DNA of 64,000 bases from Nemertoderma westbladi (taxonomy: Eukaryota > Animalia > Xenacoelomorpha): assembly GCA_032718475.1 (NCBI GenBank), contig JAUCBJ010008996.1, forward strand, positions 33,496 to 97,495. The letters are read 5' to 3'. How positions within the stretch are numbered: position 1 is the first letter of the stretch; the number at the start of each line of letters is the position of its first letter. The translations under genes were made by a program, and so were the position numbers. Under the pieces are notes generated by a model. It ran no database searches, was not told the DNA's origin, and saw only the letters and a program-made list of their open reading frames with translations. This document shows positions 1-12,600 of this stretch, in pieces.

Positions 1-130
1 TGCTTGACATTACACTTATTATTATACACTAATACACCATGACCCGTAATATAGTGTCATTTTCTGATGACACGGACCCCCCCCCCCCCCAAATTTTTCT
101 ACAAATCCTTATCATATTGCTTGAACTTTC

Positions 131-826
131 AAACACAACTAGTTCAACTCACCGTGGTTGTTACCACGAAGCCGGAATTTTCGATTTTGCCTTTAAATTT
201 TATTTATAAGCGTTTTAAAAAAGTGTCTTTTGCGAAAACGCACCCTCAGTATCGTGACCATTCTTCGCATTAGTCGTAACTTTTTCATATCATTAAAAAG
301 CTCGCGTTGCAAGGATTCCAAATATGAAACAATATCTGAATTTCGTTGAGAAACAACTGAGATATTGGCGTTCAAAGATCGCAAGAATTATTGTTCGCTG
401 AAGGCCATTTATTAAATTTAATAAATACACAATATTCTAGAACGTGTTATTTATTTTATGAGTTGGTTGGCAACAGCCAATAAATCTATTGCGTAGCTAT
501 TCAGACTTAAACAAAATGTTCCAGAACATTGTGTATTTATTAAATGGAATAAATGGCCTTCAGCGAACGATAATTCTTGCAATATTTGAACGCCAATATC
601 TCAGTTGTTTCTCAACGTAATTCAGATATTGTTACATATTTGGAATCCTTGCAACGCAAGCTTTTTAATGATATGAATTACGACTAATGTGAAGAATGGC
701 TACGATACAGAGGGTGCGATTTCGCAAAAGACACTTTTTTAAAACGCTTATAAATAAAATTTGAAGGCGAAATCGAAAATTCCGGCTTCATGGGGTCATC
801 GACGGTGAGTTGAACTAGTGGTGTTT
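131..826. mobile_element. Foldback/MITE-type non-autonomous DNA element with ~310-bp imperfect inverted arms
   Basis: 131-445 is the near reverse complement of 520-826 (aaacacaactagttcaactcaccg ... cggtgagttgaactagtggtgttt). Related fragments occur near 46500, 46670 and 47820-48693. Confidence 0.8.
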
Positions 827-1121
827 CAACATACACACCAATACCCAGCCATGAATGCGTTGTCTACTGTTAGTAACAGAAAAGCACAACTACTGCAAAA
901 CAAGTATAATAATTGAGCATTTTGAACACCAAATTTCTATACATTTAATGAACCACTTTAAACACCAAAGTTCTTTATAGTGATAGTGAAGCATTATGAC
1001 AACAAAAATCATATGTACTGTAACAGGTGTAGCGATGTAACTGATCTGCACAAAGAAACAAAATAAACCGGTCACCAAGTTATCTATCACCATGAGCTCA
1101 TGACCAACAGAATATATACAA

Positions 1122-1524
1122 TTAGACGTAGCAGACTATGTCACTAACAGTCTCACTGTAGATAACCTCATTGGACGAACCGGTATCCCCAACCTGAACT
1201 TTCGTGATGGGCAGCAACTTCTTATCTTCAACAACAACGGTCTCGAGGCATTCAGGAGCGCTCTGATTGCACTTTGTATTGGTCCCGACATTGAATGGAT
1301 GCTGGCTACCATCACGATCGACAAAACACAGATCGGGGCTGTAGATGTATTGGGTTGAGTTGAGGTGGTAACAGTTTGGATGCAGCGGTCTGCTTCGTCT
1401 ATCAGCCGACGCACTTCCGCATCGCCCTGCTCGTAACTCACTTTGATATCATAACCGCACTTGGCTTCGGGTCCACTTGGTCCAACCTTCTCACTTACAA
1501 ATGTCGCAGGAATAGTAAATTTCC
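1122..1524 (-). pseudogene. Terminal exon encoding a Caspr/neurexin-IV-type fibrinogen-related domain, frameshifted near 1375
   Basis: Acceptor ttttattcctaaag|gg (phase 1). Reads GKFTIPATFVSEKVGPSGPEAKCGYDIKVSYEQGDAEVRRLIDEADRCI, then in a shifted frame NCYHLNSTQYIYSPDLCFVDRDGSQH...DKKLLPITKVQVGDTGSSNEVIYSETVSDIVCYV*. This matches the Caspr-type Y...LI...C-Q...C and LP(V/I)T..GDT...C pattern. Confidence 0.65.
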
Positions 1525-1711
1525 CTTTAGGAATAAAATAATCACAACAGAATAATCAAAACATAAAAACAAATATAATTTCACTATGAAATTATGTGGC
1601 CAGTATACAATCATTGTTGAGCAGTTGTTCAAAATTAGCTTCGAGAACTCCAGGTATTCAGAAATTGAATCACCCTCGTTCTTAACAGTTGTACGGTGCG
1701 AAAAAACTAAC

Positions 1712-1829
1712 CTTTAACGCATTCTTTACAAGACAACCGACAATTCTTAAGCATGTATAAAGGATTTTTCTCACATTGATCACGGGCCGCCCAAGCAGGG
1801 CAATTTGAATTTGATATCTTCACAAATTT
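1712..1829 (-). pseudogene. ShKT (ShK toxin-like) domain exon with one extra base
   Basis: Acceptor ttacag|aa and donor aaag|gttagt. Reads EICED/SNSNCPAWAARDQCEKNPLYMLKNCRLSCKECVK, the canonical 6-Cys ShKT pattern. Length is 118 nt where a phase 1-1 exon needs 117. Confidence 0.8.
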
Positions 1830-1999
1830 CTGTAATTAAATTAAAATATAGTAAGGTTAGTATGGTAATTTTATTTAGACCGTAGATCGTAAAAACAGAT
1901 GTAAACCCAGGACAGTAAGTTATACAATAAATCTAGTTCGGAGAAATATAAGGTAGATGACAACAATCAAATAATTGTAGTAATGCCTCAAAATAATAT

Positions 2000-3146
2000 A
2001 CACGAAGTGGGGCCTTCGCGCAGCACGTGACTTAATTATACTTAGTTATACATTTCGCCCTCTAGCGGCAGACTGGAGGACTCCAGACCGTTTACTGCCC
2101 ACCAAAGACTCAGGCCGACTTCTACTACATATCTGCTACGTTTCAGCTTGAACGGATCATAAATAACGAGATGGGAGAAAGATTTCACTTTCAAACATTT
2201 CGCCCTCTAGCGGCAGACTGAAGAACTGCACACGGATTAGCCTTCAATTCAATTCAATTCAATTCCTTCTTTCAAAGTCACAGCTAATGGTCTAGTACAT
2301 ATCTGCCAAATTTCAGCATAAATGGATTAAAAGCAAAGAAATGGGAGGACATTTAACGTTTAGACATGTGGCCCTCTAGCAGGAGACTATTGCTCTGATG
2401 CTGTCTGAAAGTCTCTCAAACGTCTCAACTTTAGCTCATATTGATACCTACAAATTTTCAACTTGGCAGCTTTAAATCCGACAAAGTTATTAGCATGTCA
2501 AAATCGTAACGACGACAACGATTTCACTTTCAGACCTTTGGCCCTCTAGCGGCAGACTGGAGAACTGCAGATGGATTCGCCTCCTTTGAAAGTCACAGCT
2601 AATGGTCTAATACATATCTGCCAAGTTTCAGCTTAAACGGATTAAAAGCAAAGAAATGGGAGGGCATTTAATGTTTAGACATGTGGCCCTCTAGCGGGAG
2701 ACCATTGCACTGATGGTGTCTGAAAGTCTCTCAAAAATCTCAACTTTTGCTCATATTGATACCTACAAATTTTCAACTTGGCAGCTTTAAATCCGACAAA
2801 GTTATTAGCATGTCAAAATCGTAACGACGACAACGATTTCACTTTCAGACCTTTGGCCCTCTAGCGGCAGACTGGAGAACTGCAGATGGATTCGCCTCCT
2901 TTGAAAGTCACAGCTAATGGTCTAATACATATCTGCCAAGTTTCAGCTTAAACGGATTAAAAGCAAAGAAATGGGAGGGCATTTAATGTTTAGACATGTG
3001 GCCCTCTAGCGGGAGACCATTGCACTGATGGTGTCTGAAAGTCTCTCAAAAATCTCAACTTTTGCTCATATTGATACCTACAAATTTTTAACTTGGCAGC
3101 TTTAAATCCGACAAAGTTATTAGCATGTCAAAATCGTAACGACGAC

Positions 3147-3185
<39 letters not shown>

Positions 3186-3287
3186 AACGACGACGACGAC
3201 GACGACGACAACTATTTGCATAAATTGACCCACCCCCTAACAGTGTCAATTCGCTAAGGCTCCGCCAACTTCGTGGCTCGCCCCACA
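2000..3287. mobile_element. Helentron-associated (HINE/DINE-1/pearl-like) non-autonomous element with ~315-bp tandem core and (GAC)n microsatellite
   Basis: Ends acacgaagtgggg...gctcgccccaca are shared with 3573..4091. Terminal hairpin cgaagtggggccttcg. Core repeats start at 2182, 2521 and 2836. (GAC)n lies at 3140-3210. Confidence 0.7.
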
Positions 3288-3572
3288 GAAATTAAACATA
3301 ATAATACGTGATGTAGTATTGATGCATAGCTACATAGCTAACATGTTCCAGTATAAAAATTAATGAAATATATATTATTTCATATTTTATGATTTTTGTC
3401 ACTATTTTGCGATGCCGACATAGTGGTGTGAAGAACTTTTAGCCACAAGAAATGAAAAAATGGTGTTATTGCAGACGTTTCAATAAACAATGTTTATCTT
3501 TCTCAATGCAGGCTGACAGGTACACTAAATAATACTGAAATCAGGGTACTGAAGTACCGGTACATAATGTAG

Positions 3573-3959
3573 ACACGAAGTGGGGACTTCGCGCAGCACG
3601 AAGTTGGCGGAGCCTTAGCGAATTGACACGGTTAGGGGGTAGGTCAATTTATGCAAATAGTCACGTTGGCCCTCTAGCGGCAGACTGGAGAACTGCAGAT
3701 GGATTCGCCTCCTTTGAAAGTCACAGCTAATGGTCTAATACATATCTGCCAAGTTTCAGCTTAAACGGATTAAAAGCAAAGAAATGGGAGGGCATTTAAT
3801 GTTTAGACATGTGGCCCTCTAGCGGGAGACCATTGCACTGATGGTGTCTGAAAGTCTCTCAAAAATCTCAACTTTTGCTCATATTGATACCTACAAATTT
3901 TCAACTTGGCAGCTTTAAATCCGACAAAGTTATTAGCATGTAAAAATCGTAACGACGAC

Positions 3960-3991
<32 letters not shown>

Positions 3992-4091
3992 CAACGACGA
4001 CGACGACGACGACAACTATTTGCATAAATTGACCCACCCCCTAACAGTGTCAATTCGCTAAGGCTCCGCCAACTTCGTGGCTCGCCCCACA
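3573..4091. mobile_element. Second copy of the HINE-like element (single core unit, ~65-bp subterminal inverted repeats)
   Basis: 3597-3661 is inverted against 4014-4079. Core, (GAC)n and termini match 2000..3287. Confidence 0.75.
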
Positions 4092-4214
4092 ATAAACAGT
4101 AATATACTGTGTAACAAAAATTTTACAGGATTGAAATTTTTAGTTCAAAAATACAAAATTGCAATATGAAGTAAAATTTTTTTTAAAAATCAAACAGTCT
4201 ATTAAGACTAAAGA

Positions 4215-7200
4215 TAGCGATAGCAGGAAGCCAACATTGTTGAATTGAGTTAGCGATAGCAGGAAGCCATCATTGTTGAATAGTGTTAGCGATAGCAGGA
4301 AGCCAACATTGTTGAATAGAGTTAGCGATAGCAGGAAGCCAACACATTGTTGAATAGAGTTAGCGATAGCAGGAAGCCAACATTGCTGAATAGAGTTAGC
4401 GATAGCAGGAAGCCAACGTTGTTGAATAGAGTTAGCGATAGCAGGAAGCCAACATTGTTGAATAGAGTTAGCGATAGCAGGAAGCCAACACATTGTTGAA
4501 TAGAGTTAGCGATAGCAGGAAGCCAACATTGTTGAATAGAGTTAGCAATAGCAGGAAGCCAACATTGTTGAATAGAGTTAGCGATAGCAGGAAGCCAACA
4601 TTGTTGAATAGAGTTAGCGATAGCAGGAAGCCAAAATTGTTGAATAGAGTTAGCGATAGCAGGAAGCCAACATTGTTGAATAGAGTTAGCGATAGCAGGA
4701 AGCCAACATTGTTGAATAGAGTTAGCGATAGCAGGAAGCCAACATTGTTGAATAGAGTTAGCGATAGCAGGAAGCCAACATTGTTGAATAGAGTTAGCGA
4801 TAGCAGGAAGCCAACATTGTTGAATAGAGTTAGCGATAGCAGGAAGCCAACATTGTTGATTAGAGTTAGCGATAGCAGGAAGCCAACATTGTTGAATAGA
4901 GTTAGCGATAGCAGGAAGCCAACATTGCTGATTAGAGTTAGCGATAGCAGGAAGCCAACATTGTTGAATAGAGTTAGCGATAGCAGGAAGCCAACATTGT
5001 TGAATAGAGTTAGCGATAGCAGGAAGCCAACATTGTTGATTAGAGTTAGCGATAGCAGGAAGCCAACGTTGTTGAATAGAGTTAGCGATAGCAGTAAGCC
5101 AACATTGTTGAATAGAGTTAGCGATAGCAGGAAGCCAACAATGTTGAATAGAGTTAGCGATAACAGGAAGCCAACATTGTTGAATAGAGTTAGCGATAGC
5201 AGGAAGCCAACATTGTTGAATAGAGTTAGCGATAGCAGGAAGCCAACATTGTTGAATAGAGTTAGCGATAGCAGGAAGCCAAAATTGTTGAATAGAGTTA
5301 GCGATAGCAGGAAGCCAACATTGTTGAATAGAGTTAGCGATAGCAGGAAGCCAAAGTTGTTGAATAGAGTTAGCGATATCAGGAAGCCAACATTGTTGAA
5401 TAGAGTTAGCGATAGCAGGAAGCCAAAATTGTTGAATAGAGTTAGCGATAGCAGGAAGCCAACATTGTTGAATAGAGTTAACGATAGCAGGAAGCCAAAA
5501 TTGTTGAATAGAGTTAGCGATAGCAGGAAGCCAACATTGTTGAATAGAGTTAGCGATAGCAGGAAGCCAACATTGTTGAATAGAGTTAGCGATAGCAGTA
5601 AGCCAACATTGTTGAATAGAGTTAGCGATAGCAGTAAGCCAACATTGTTGAATAGAGTTAGCGATAGCAGGAAGCCAACATTGTTGAATAGAGTTAGCGA
5701 TAGCAGGAAGCCAACATTGTTGAATAGAGTTAGCGATAGCAGGAAGCCAACATTGTTGAATAGAGTTAGCGATAGCAGGAAGCCAACATTGTTGAATAGA
5801 GTTAGCGATAGCAGGAAGCCAACATTGTTGAATAGAGTTAGCGATAGCAGGAAGCCAACATTGTTGAATAGAGTTAGCGATAGCAGGAAGCCAACATTGT
5901 TGAATAGAGTTAGCGATAGCAGGAAGCCAACATTGTTGAATAGAGTTAGCGATAGCAGTAAGCCAACATTGTTGAATAAAGTTAGCGATAGCAGGAAGCC
6001 AACATTGTTGAATAGAGTTAGCGATAGCAGGAAGCCAACATTGTTGAATAGAGTTAGCGATAGCAGGAAGCCAACATTGTTGAATAGAGTTAGCGATCGC
6101 AGGAAGCCAACATTGTTGAATAGAGTTAGCGATAGCAGGACGCCAAAATTGTTGAATAGAGTTAGCGATAGCAGGAAGCCAAAATTGTTGAATAGAGTTA
6201 GCGATAGCAGGAAGCCAACATTGTTGAATAGTGTTAGCGATAGCAGGAAGCCAACATTGTTGAATAGAGTTAGCGATAGCAGGAAGCCAAAATTGTTGAA
6301 TAGAGTTAGCGATAGCAGGAAGCCAACATTGTTGAATAGAGTTAGCGATAGCAGGAAGCCAACATTGTTGAATATAGTTAGCGATAGCAGGAAGCCAACA
6401 TTGTTGAATAGAGTTAGCGATAGCAGGAAGCCAACATTGTTGAATAGAGTTAGCGATAGCAGGAAGCCAACGTTGTTGAATAGAGTTAGCGATAGCAGGA
6501 AGCCAACATTGTTGAATAGAGTTAGCGATAGCAGGAAGCCAACATTGTTTAATAGTGTCAGCGATAGCAAGAAGCCAACATTGTTGAATAGAGTTAGCGA
6601 TAGAAGGAAGCCAACATTGTTGAATAGAGTTAGCGATAGCAGGAAGCCAACATTGTTGAATAGAGTTAGCGATAGCAGGAAGCCAACGTTGTTAAATAGA
6701 GTTAGCGATAGCAGGAAGCCAACATTGTTGAATAGAGTTAGCGATAGAAGGAAGCCAACATTGTTGAATAGTGTTAGCGATAGCAGGAAGCCAACATTGT
6801 TGAATAGAGTTAGCGATAGCAGGAAGCCAACATTGTTGAATAGAGTTAGCGATAGCAGGAAGCCAACATTGTTGAATAGAGTTAGCGATAGCAGGAAGCC
6901 AACATTGTTGAATAGAGTTAGCGATAGCAGGAAGCCAAAATTGTTGAATAGAGTTAGCGATAGCAGGAAGCCAACATTGTTGAATAGAGTTAGCGATAGC
7001 AGGAAGCCAACATTGTTGAATAGAGTTAGCGATAGCAGGAAGCCAACATTGTTGAATAGAGTTAGCGATAGCAGGAAGCCAACATTGTTGAATAGAGTTA
7101 GCGATAGCAGGAAGCCAAAATTGTTGAATAGAGTTAGCGATAGCAGGAAGCCAACATTGTTGAATAGAGTTAGCGATAGCAGGAAGCCAACATTGTTGAA

Positions 7201-8178
7201 TAGAGTTAGCGATAGCAGGAAGCCAAAATTGTTGAATAGAGTTAGCGATAGCAGGAAGCCAAAATTGTTGAATAGAGTTAGCGATAGCAGGAAGCCAACA
7301 TTGTTGAATAGAGTTAGCGATAGCAGGAAGCCAACATTGTTGAATAGAGTTAGCGATAGCAGGAAGCCAAAATTGTTGAATAGAGTTAGCGATAGCAGGA
7401 AGCCAACATTGTTGAATAGAGTTAGCGATAGAAGGAAGCCAACATTGTTGAATAGAGTTAGCGATAGCAGGAAGCCAACATTGTTGAATAGAGTTAGCGA
7501 TAGCAGGAAGCCAACATTGTTGAATAGAGTTAGCGATAGCAGGAAGCCAAAATTGTTGAATAGAGTTAGCGATAGCAGGAAGCCAACATTGTTGAATAGA
7601 GTTAGCGATAGCAGGAAGCCAACATTGTTGAATAGAGTTAGCGATAGCAGGAAGCCAACATTGTTGAATAGAGTTAGCGATAGCAGGAAGCCAACATTGT
7701 TGAATAGAGTTAGCGATAGCAGGAAGCCACAATTGTTGAATAGAGTTAGCGATAGCAGGAAGCCAACATTGTTGAATAGAGTTAGCGATAGCAGGAAGCC
7801 AACATTGTTGAATAGAGTTAGCGATAGCAGGAAGCCAAAATTGTTGAATAGAGTTAGCGATAGCAGGAAGCTAAAATTGTTGAATAGAGTTAGCGATAGC
7901 AGGAAGCCAACATTGTTGAATAGAGTTAGCGATAGCAGGAAGCCAACATTGTTGAATAGAGTTAGCGATAGCAGGAAGCCAAAATTGTTGAATAGAGTTA
8001 GCGATAGCAGGAAGCCAACATTGTTGAATAGAGTTAGCGATAGAAGGAAGCCAACATTGTTGAATAGTGTTAGCGATAGCAGGAAGCCAACATTGTTGAA
8101 TAGAGTTAGCGATAGCAGGAAGCCAAAATTGTTGAATAGAGTTAGCGATAGCAGGAAGCCAACATTGTTGAATAGAGT
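4215..8178. repeat. 36-bp minisatellite, about 110 near-identical copies
   Basis: Unit gttagcgatagcaggaagccaacattgttgaataga repeated head to tail with no spacers. Confidence 0.98.
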
Positions 8179-8210
8179 GACTGTGTCTGTGTGTGTCTTT
8201 GTCATCGGCT

Positions 8211-8451
8211 CAGATAGGGGTGACTTTCGACTCAATAAAAATTCATCCCTTTCCAGGGGGAATTCGACGCAAATAACAGATTCTCAAAGATAAAACTGTA
8301 ACCTGTTCTATTGTGTTTAGTTTATTGTTTTGGTTAAAATATTGTTCCACTCTAACCTGCTCCTTTCCCTAAATTGAGAATTTAACATTGAGGCGGGATA
8401 TTAATTCGCCAAGGCGGGTTTTGCGTCCAGTTTCACCCCCACCCCTGTCTC
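8211..8451. mobile_element. Short dispersed element, reverse-complement homolog of 42162..42492
   Basis: Ends cagatagggg...cccctgtctc. The interior aligns to 42230-42430 (opposite strand) and partly to 30770-30840. Confidence 0.65.
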
Positions 8452-9293
8452 ATAAATAATATACGAAATTATTTCGTAGTAAAACAAGAAACCACCTACT
8501 AAATATGCATAACACAAAACGTCGCAGCCCAACTGGTAGCCAACGGTTACCATCACAAGTTCTGCTCGTCAAGAAATTGCTGGATATCGAGCCCACTATG
8601 TGTTTGCAATTGGTGTGATAACTCGTGTTCGGAAACCCACTATTACAAGACATGTCCCAAACTGCCGAAACTAAGTACACCGTTGAGACAAGCCTTTTAC
8701 CTCTCAAAATTATAATTGTAATAAATTATTTAATTTTAAATTGCTTTTATCCCGCTTGTATCCCATGTAGTAAATAAACTTAAACTTATCAACTTAACTT
8801 AACTAACACTTTTATAAAAAAAATTGATTTATATATATGCAATGTTTCCTGAGTTTCCTGGTTTTACTTATTTATATCTATTGGTGTTTTTACCGATTTA
8901 TTATAATTAGAAATAAATATATGCCCCTATGGGGCGCTTGCTTCTTCTTTCATAACATAAAATAACAAAATATTAACGAGGGTCAGTTTTTCTACCAGAC
9001 AAAACCCCGATCACTACCCTAATTAATATAATTATAATTATTTTAATTTGGTAATTAGCTTGCTCCATGATGCAACCCCTGGCAATGCCTACTGGTTCAT
9101 CTCACAACTCCATGTAACTATTAAATATATTATAAACTTTCGGAGCGTTGTAGAACACCTAATGTTTCATTTTAGCACAGATTACCGCCTTTGACTTATT
9201 TACTTCACTGAAAAGTTCCACGTTACAATAAATTACTAATGAGATAAATTAATTGTTAATAAGGAATTATACTACAATAAACAGTAGGCCTAC

Positions 9294-9354
9294 CTGATCT
9301 GGAAGTAGAACATATGATAACAAGTATCAGTGACGTTATTGATAACTTCGTCAT
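9294..9354 (-). CDS. Probable first coding exon (signal peptide) of the ShKT/Caspr-like gene
   Basis: MTKLSITSLILVIICSTSRS followed by a phase-1 donor cag|gtaggc. Upstream acceptor ctcatcag| at 9376. Phase is compatible with the ShKT exon, but linkage is inferred. Confidence 0.5.
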
Positions 9355-9671
9355 CTCGACTTGTGATTATGTAACCTGATGAGATTGAAAAAAAATTAAT
9401 TTTAATTTAAATATTAATAAGATTTTGGGGGTTAACATTCATTTCCAGTAATATTTAAGTTCCCCCGATTTCTGTACTGTATGTATCAACCTTTGAAATA
9501 ATTATTTTCAACCTAAAATTCATTGTATCTTCCTACAGTATGTTCCTTGGTCACTGAAGCATATTTATATTTAAAACCATATTATATAGTAACCATTGAA
9601 ACCACCAATACTTCTTGATAACAATGTAGACATTGTTACGGAGCCTATGAAGGAAGAGAGACCAAGCAGTG

Positions 9672-12600
9672 TGACAGCATTTCTGATCACAGTGAAAAAG
9701 AAACCACAGAAATGACAGCATTTCCGATCAAAGTGAAAAAGAACCCACAGAAATGACAGCATTTCTGAGGGAAGTGAAAAGAACCCACATATGACAGCAT
9801 TTCTGAGGCAAGAGAAAAGAACCCACAGAAATGACAGTTATGATCGAAGTGAAAAGAAAAAGAACCCACAGAAATGACAGTATTTCTGATCGAAGTGAAA
9901 AAGAAACCACAGAAATGACAGCATTTCTGAGGGTAGTGAAAAAGAACCCACATAAATGGCATTTATGATCCAAGTGAAAAGAAAAAGAACCCACAGAAAT
10001 GACAACATTTCAGAGGCAAGTGAAACAGAACCCACAGAAATGACAGCATTTCTGATGGAATTGAAAAAGAAACCACATAAATGGCATTTATGATTGAAGT
10101 GAAACAGAACCCGCAGAAATAACAGCATTTCTGAGGGTAGTGAAAAATAACCCACAGAAATGACAGAATTTCTGATGGAAGTGAAAAAGAACCCACAGAA
10201 ATGACAGCATTTCAGAGGCAAGTGAAACAGAACCCACAGAAATGACAGCATTTCTGATGGAATTGAAAAAGAAACCACATAAATGGCATTTATGATTGAA
10301 GTGAAACAGAACCCGCAGAAATAACAGCATTTCTGAGGGAAGTGAAAAAGCACCCACAGATATGACAGCATTTCTGATGGAAGTGAAAAAGAAACCACAT
10401 AAATGGCATTTATGATTAAAGTGAAACAGAACCCACAGAAATGACAGCATTTCTGTGGGTAGTGAAAAAGAACCCACAGAAATGACAACATTTCTGATCG
10501 AAGTGAAAAAGAAACCATATAAATGGCATTTCTGATGGAAGTGAAAAAGAAATAAAGAACCCACAGAAATGACAGCATTTCTGAGGGTAGTGAAAAAGAG
10601 CCCACAGAAATAACAGCATTTCTGATGGAAGTGAAAAAGAAACCACATAAATGGCATTTATGATTGAAGTGAAACAGAACCCACAGAAATGGCAGCATTT
10701 CTGAGGCAAGTGAAAAAGAACCCACAGAAATGACAGCATTTCTGAGGGTCGTGAAAAAGAACCCACAGAAATGACAGCATTTCTGATGGAAGTGAAACAG
10801 AACCCACAGAAATGACAGCATTTCTGAGGGAAGTGAAAAGAACCCACATATATGACAGCATTTCTGATGGAAGTGAAAAAGAAACCATATAAATGGCATT
10901 TATGATTGAAGTGAAACAGAACCCACAGAAATGACAGCATTTCTGTGGGTAGTGAAAAAGAACCCACAGAAATGACAACATTTCTGATCGAAGTGAAAAA
11001 GAAACCATATAAATGGCATTTCTGATGGAAGTGAAAAAGAAACCACATAAATGGCATTTATGATTGAAGTAAAAAAGAACCCACAGAAATGACAGCATTT
11101 CTGAGGGTAGTGAAAAAGAAAACCACAAAAATAACAGCATTTCTGAGGGTAGTGAAAAAGAACCCACAGAAATGACAGCATTTCTGAGGCAAGAAAAAAA
11201 GAAACCACATAAATGGCATTTATGATTGAAGTGAAACAGAACCCATAGAAATGACAGCATTTCTGAGGCAAGAGAAAAAGAACCCACAGAAATGACAGCC
11301 TTTCTGAGGGTCGTGAAAAAGAACCCACAGAAATGACAGCATTTCTGATGGAAGTGAAAAAGAAACCACATAAATGGCATTTATGATTGAAGTGAAACAG
11401 AACCCACAGAAATGATAGCATTTCTGAGGCAAGAAAAAAAGAAACCACATAAATGGCATTTATGATTGAAGTGAAAAAGAACCCACAGAAATGACAGCAT
11501 TTCTGAGGGTAGTGAAAAAGAACCCACAGAAATGACAGCATTTCTGAGGCAAGAAAAAAAGAAACCACATAAATGGCATTTATGATTGAAGTGAAAAAGA
11601 ACCCACAGAAATGACAGCATTTCTGAGGGTAGTGAAAAAGAACCCACAGAAATGACAGCCTTTCTGAGGGTAGTGAAAAAGAAAACCACAAAAATGACAG
11701 CATTTCTGAGGGTCGTGAAAAAGAACCCACAGAAATGACAGCATTTCTGATGGAAGTGAAAAAGAAACCACATAAATGGCATTTATGATTGAAGTGAAAC
11801 AGAACCCACAGAAATGACAGCATTTCTGAGGCAAGAAAAAAAGAAACCACATAAATGGCATTTATGATTGAAGTGAAAAAGAACCCACAGAAATGACAGC
11901 ATTTCTGAGGGTAGTGAAAAAGAACCCACAGAAATGACAGCCTTTCTGAGGGTAGTGAAAAAGAAAACCACAAAAATGACAGCATTTCTGAGGGTAGTGA
12001 AAAAGAACCCACAGAAATGACAGCATTTCTGATGGAAGTGAAAAAGAAACCACATAAATGGCATTTATGATTGAAGTGAAAAAGAACCCACAGAAATGAC
12101 AGCATTTCTGAGGGTAGTGAAAAAGAACCCACAGAAATGACAGCCTTTCTGAGGGTAGTGAAAAAGAAAACCACAAAAATGACAGCATTTCTGAGGGTAG
12201 TGAAAAAGAACCCACAGAAATGACAGCCTTTCTGAGGGTAGTGAAAAAGAAAACCACAAAAATGACAGCATTTCTGAGGGTAGTGAAAAAGAACCCACAG
12301 AAATGACAGCATTTCTGATGGAAGTGAAAAAGAAACCACATAAATGGCATTTATGATTGAAGTGAAACAGAACCCACAGAAATGACAGCATTTCTGAGGC
12401 AAGAAAAAAAGAAACCACATAAATGGCATTTATGATTGAAGTGAAACAGAACCCACAGAAATGACATCATTTCTGAGGCAAGAGAAAAAGAACCCACAGA
12501 AATGACAGCCTTTCTGAGGGTAGTGAAAAAGAAAACCACAAAAATGACAGCATTTCTGAGGGTAGTGAAAAAGAACCCACAGAAATGACAGCATTTCTGA

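Noticed and set aside
4215-8178. CRISPR array, or 1255/1266-aa repeat proteins
   Set aside because: Repeats are contiguous with no unique spacers, there are no cas genes and the context is eukaryotic. The ORFs follow from a 36-bp unit lacking stops.
8450-8707. Extra Cys-containing exon of the minus-strand secreted gene
   Set aside because: No recognisable domain or convincing splice pair.
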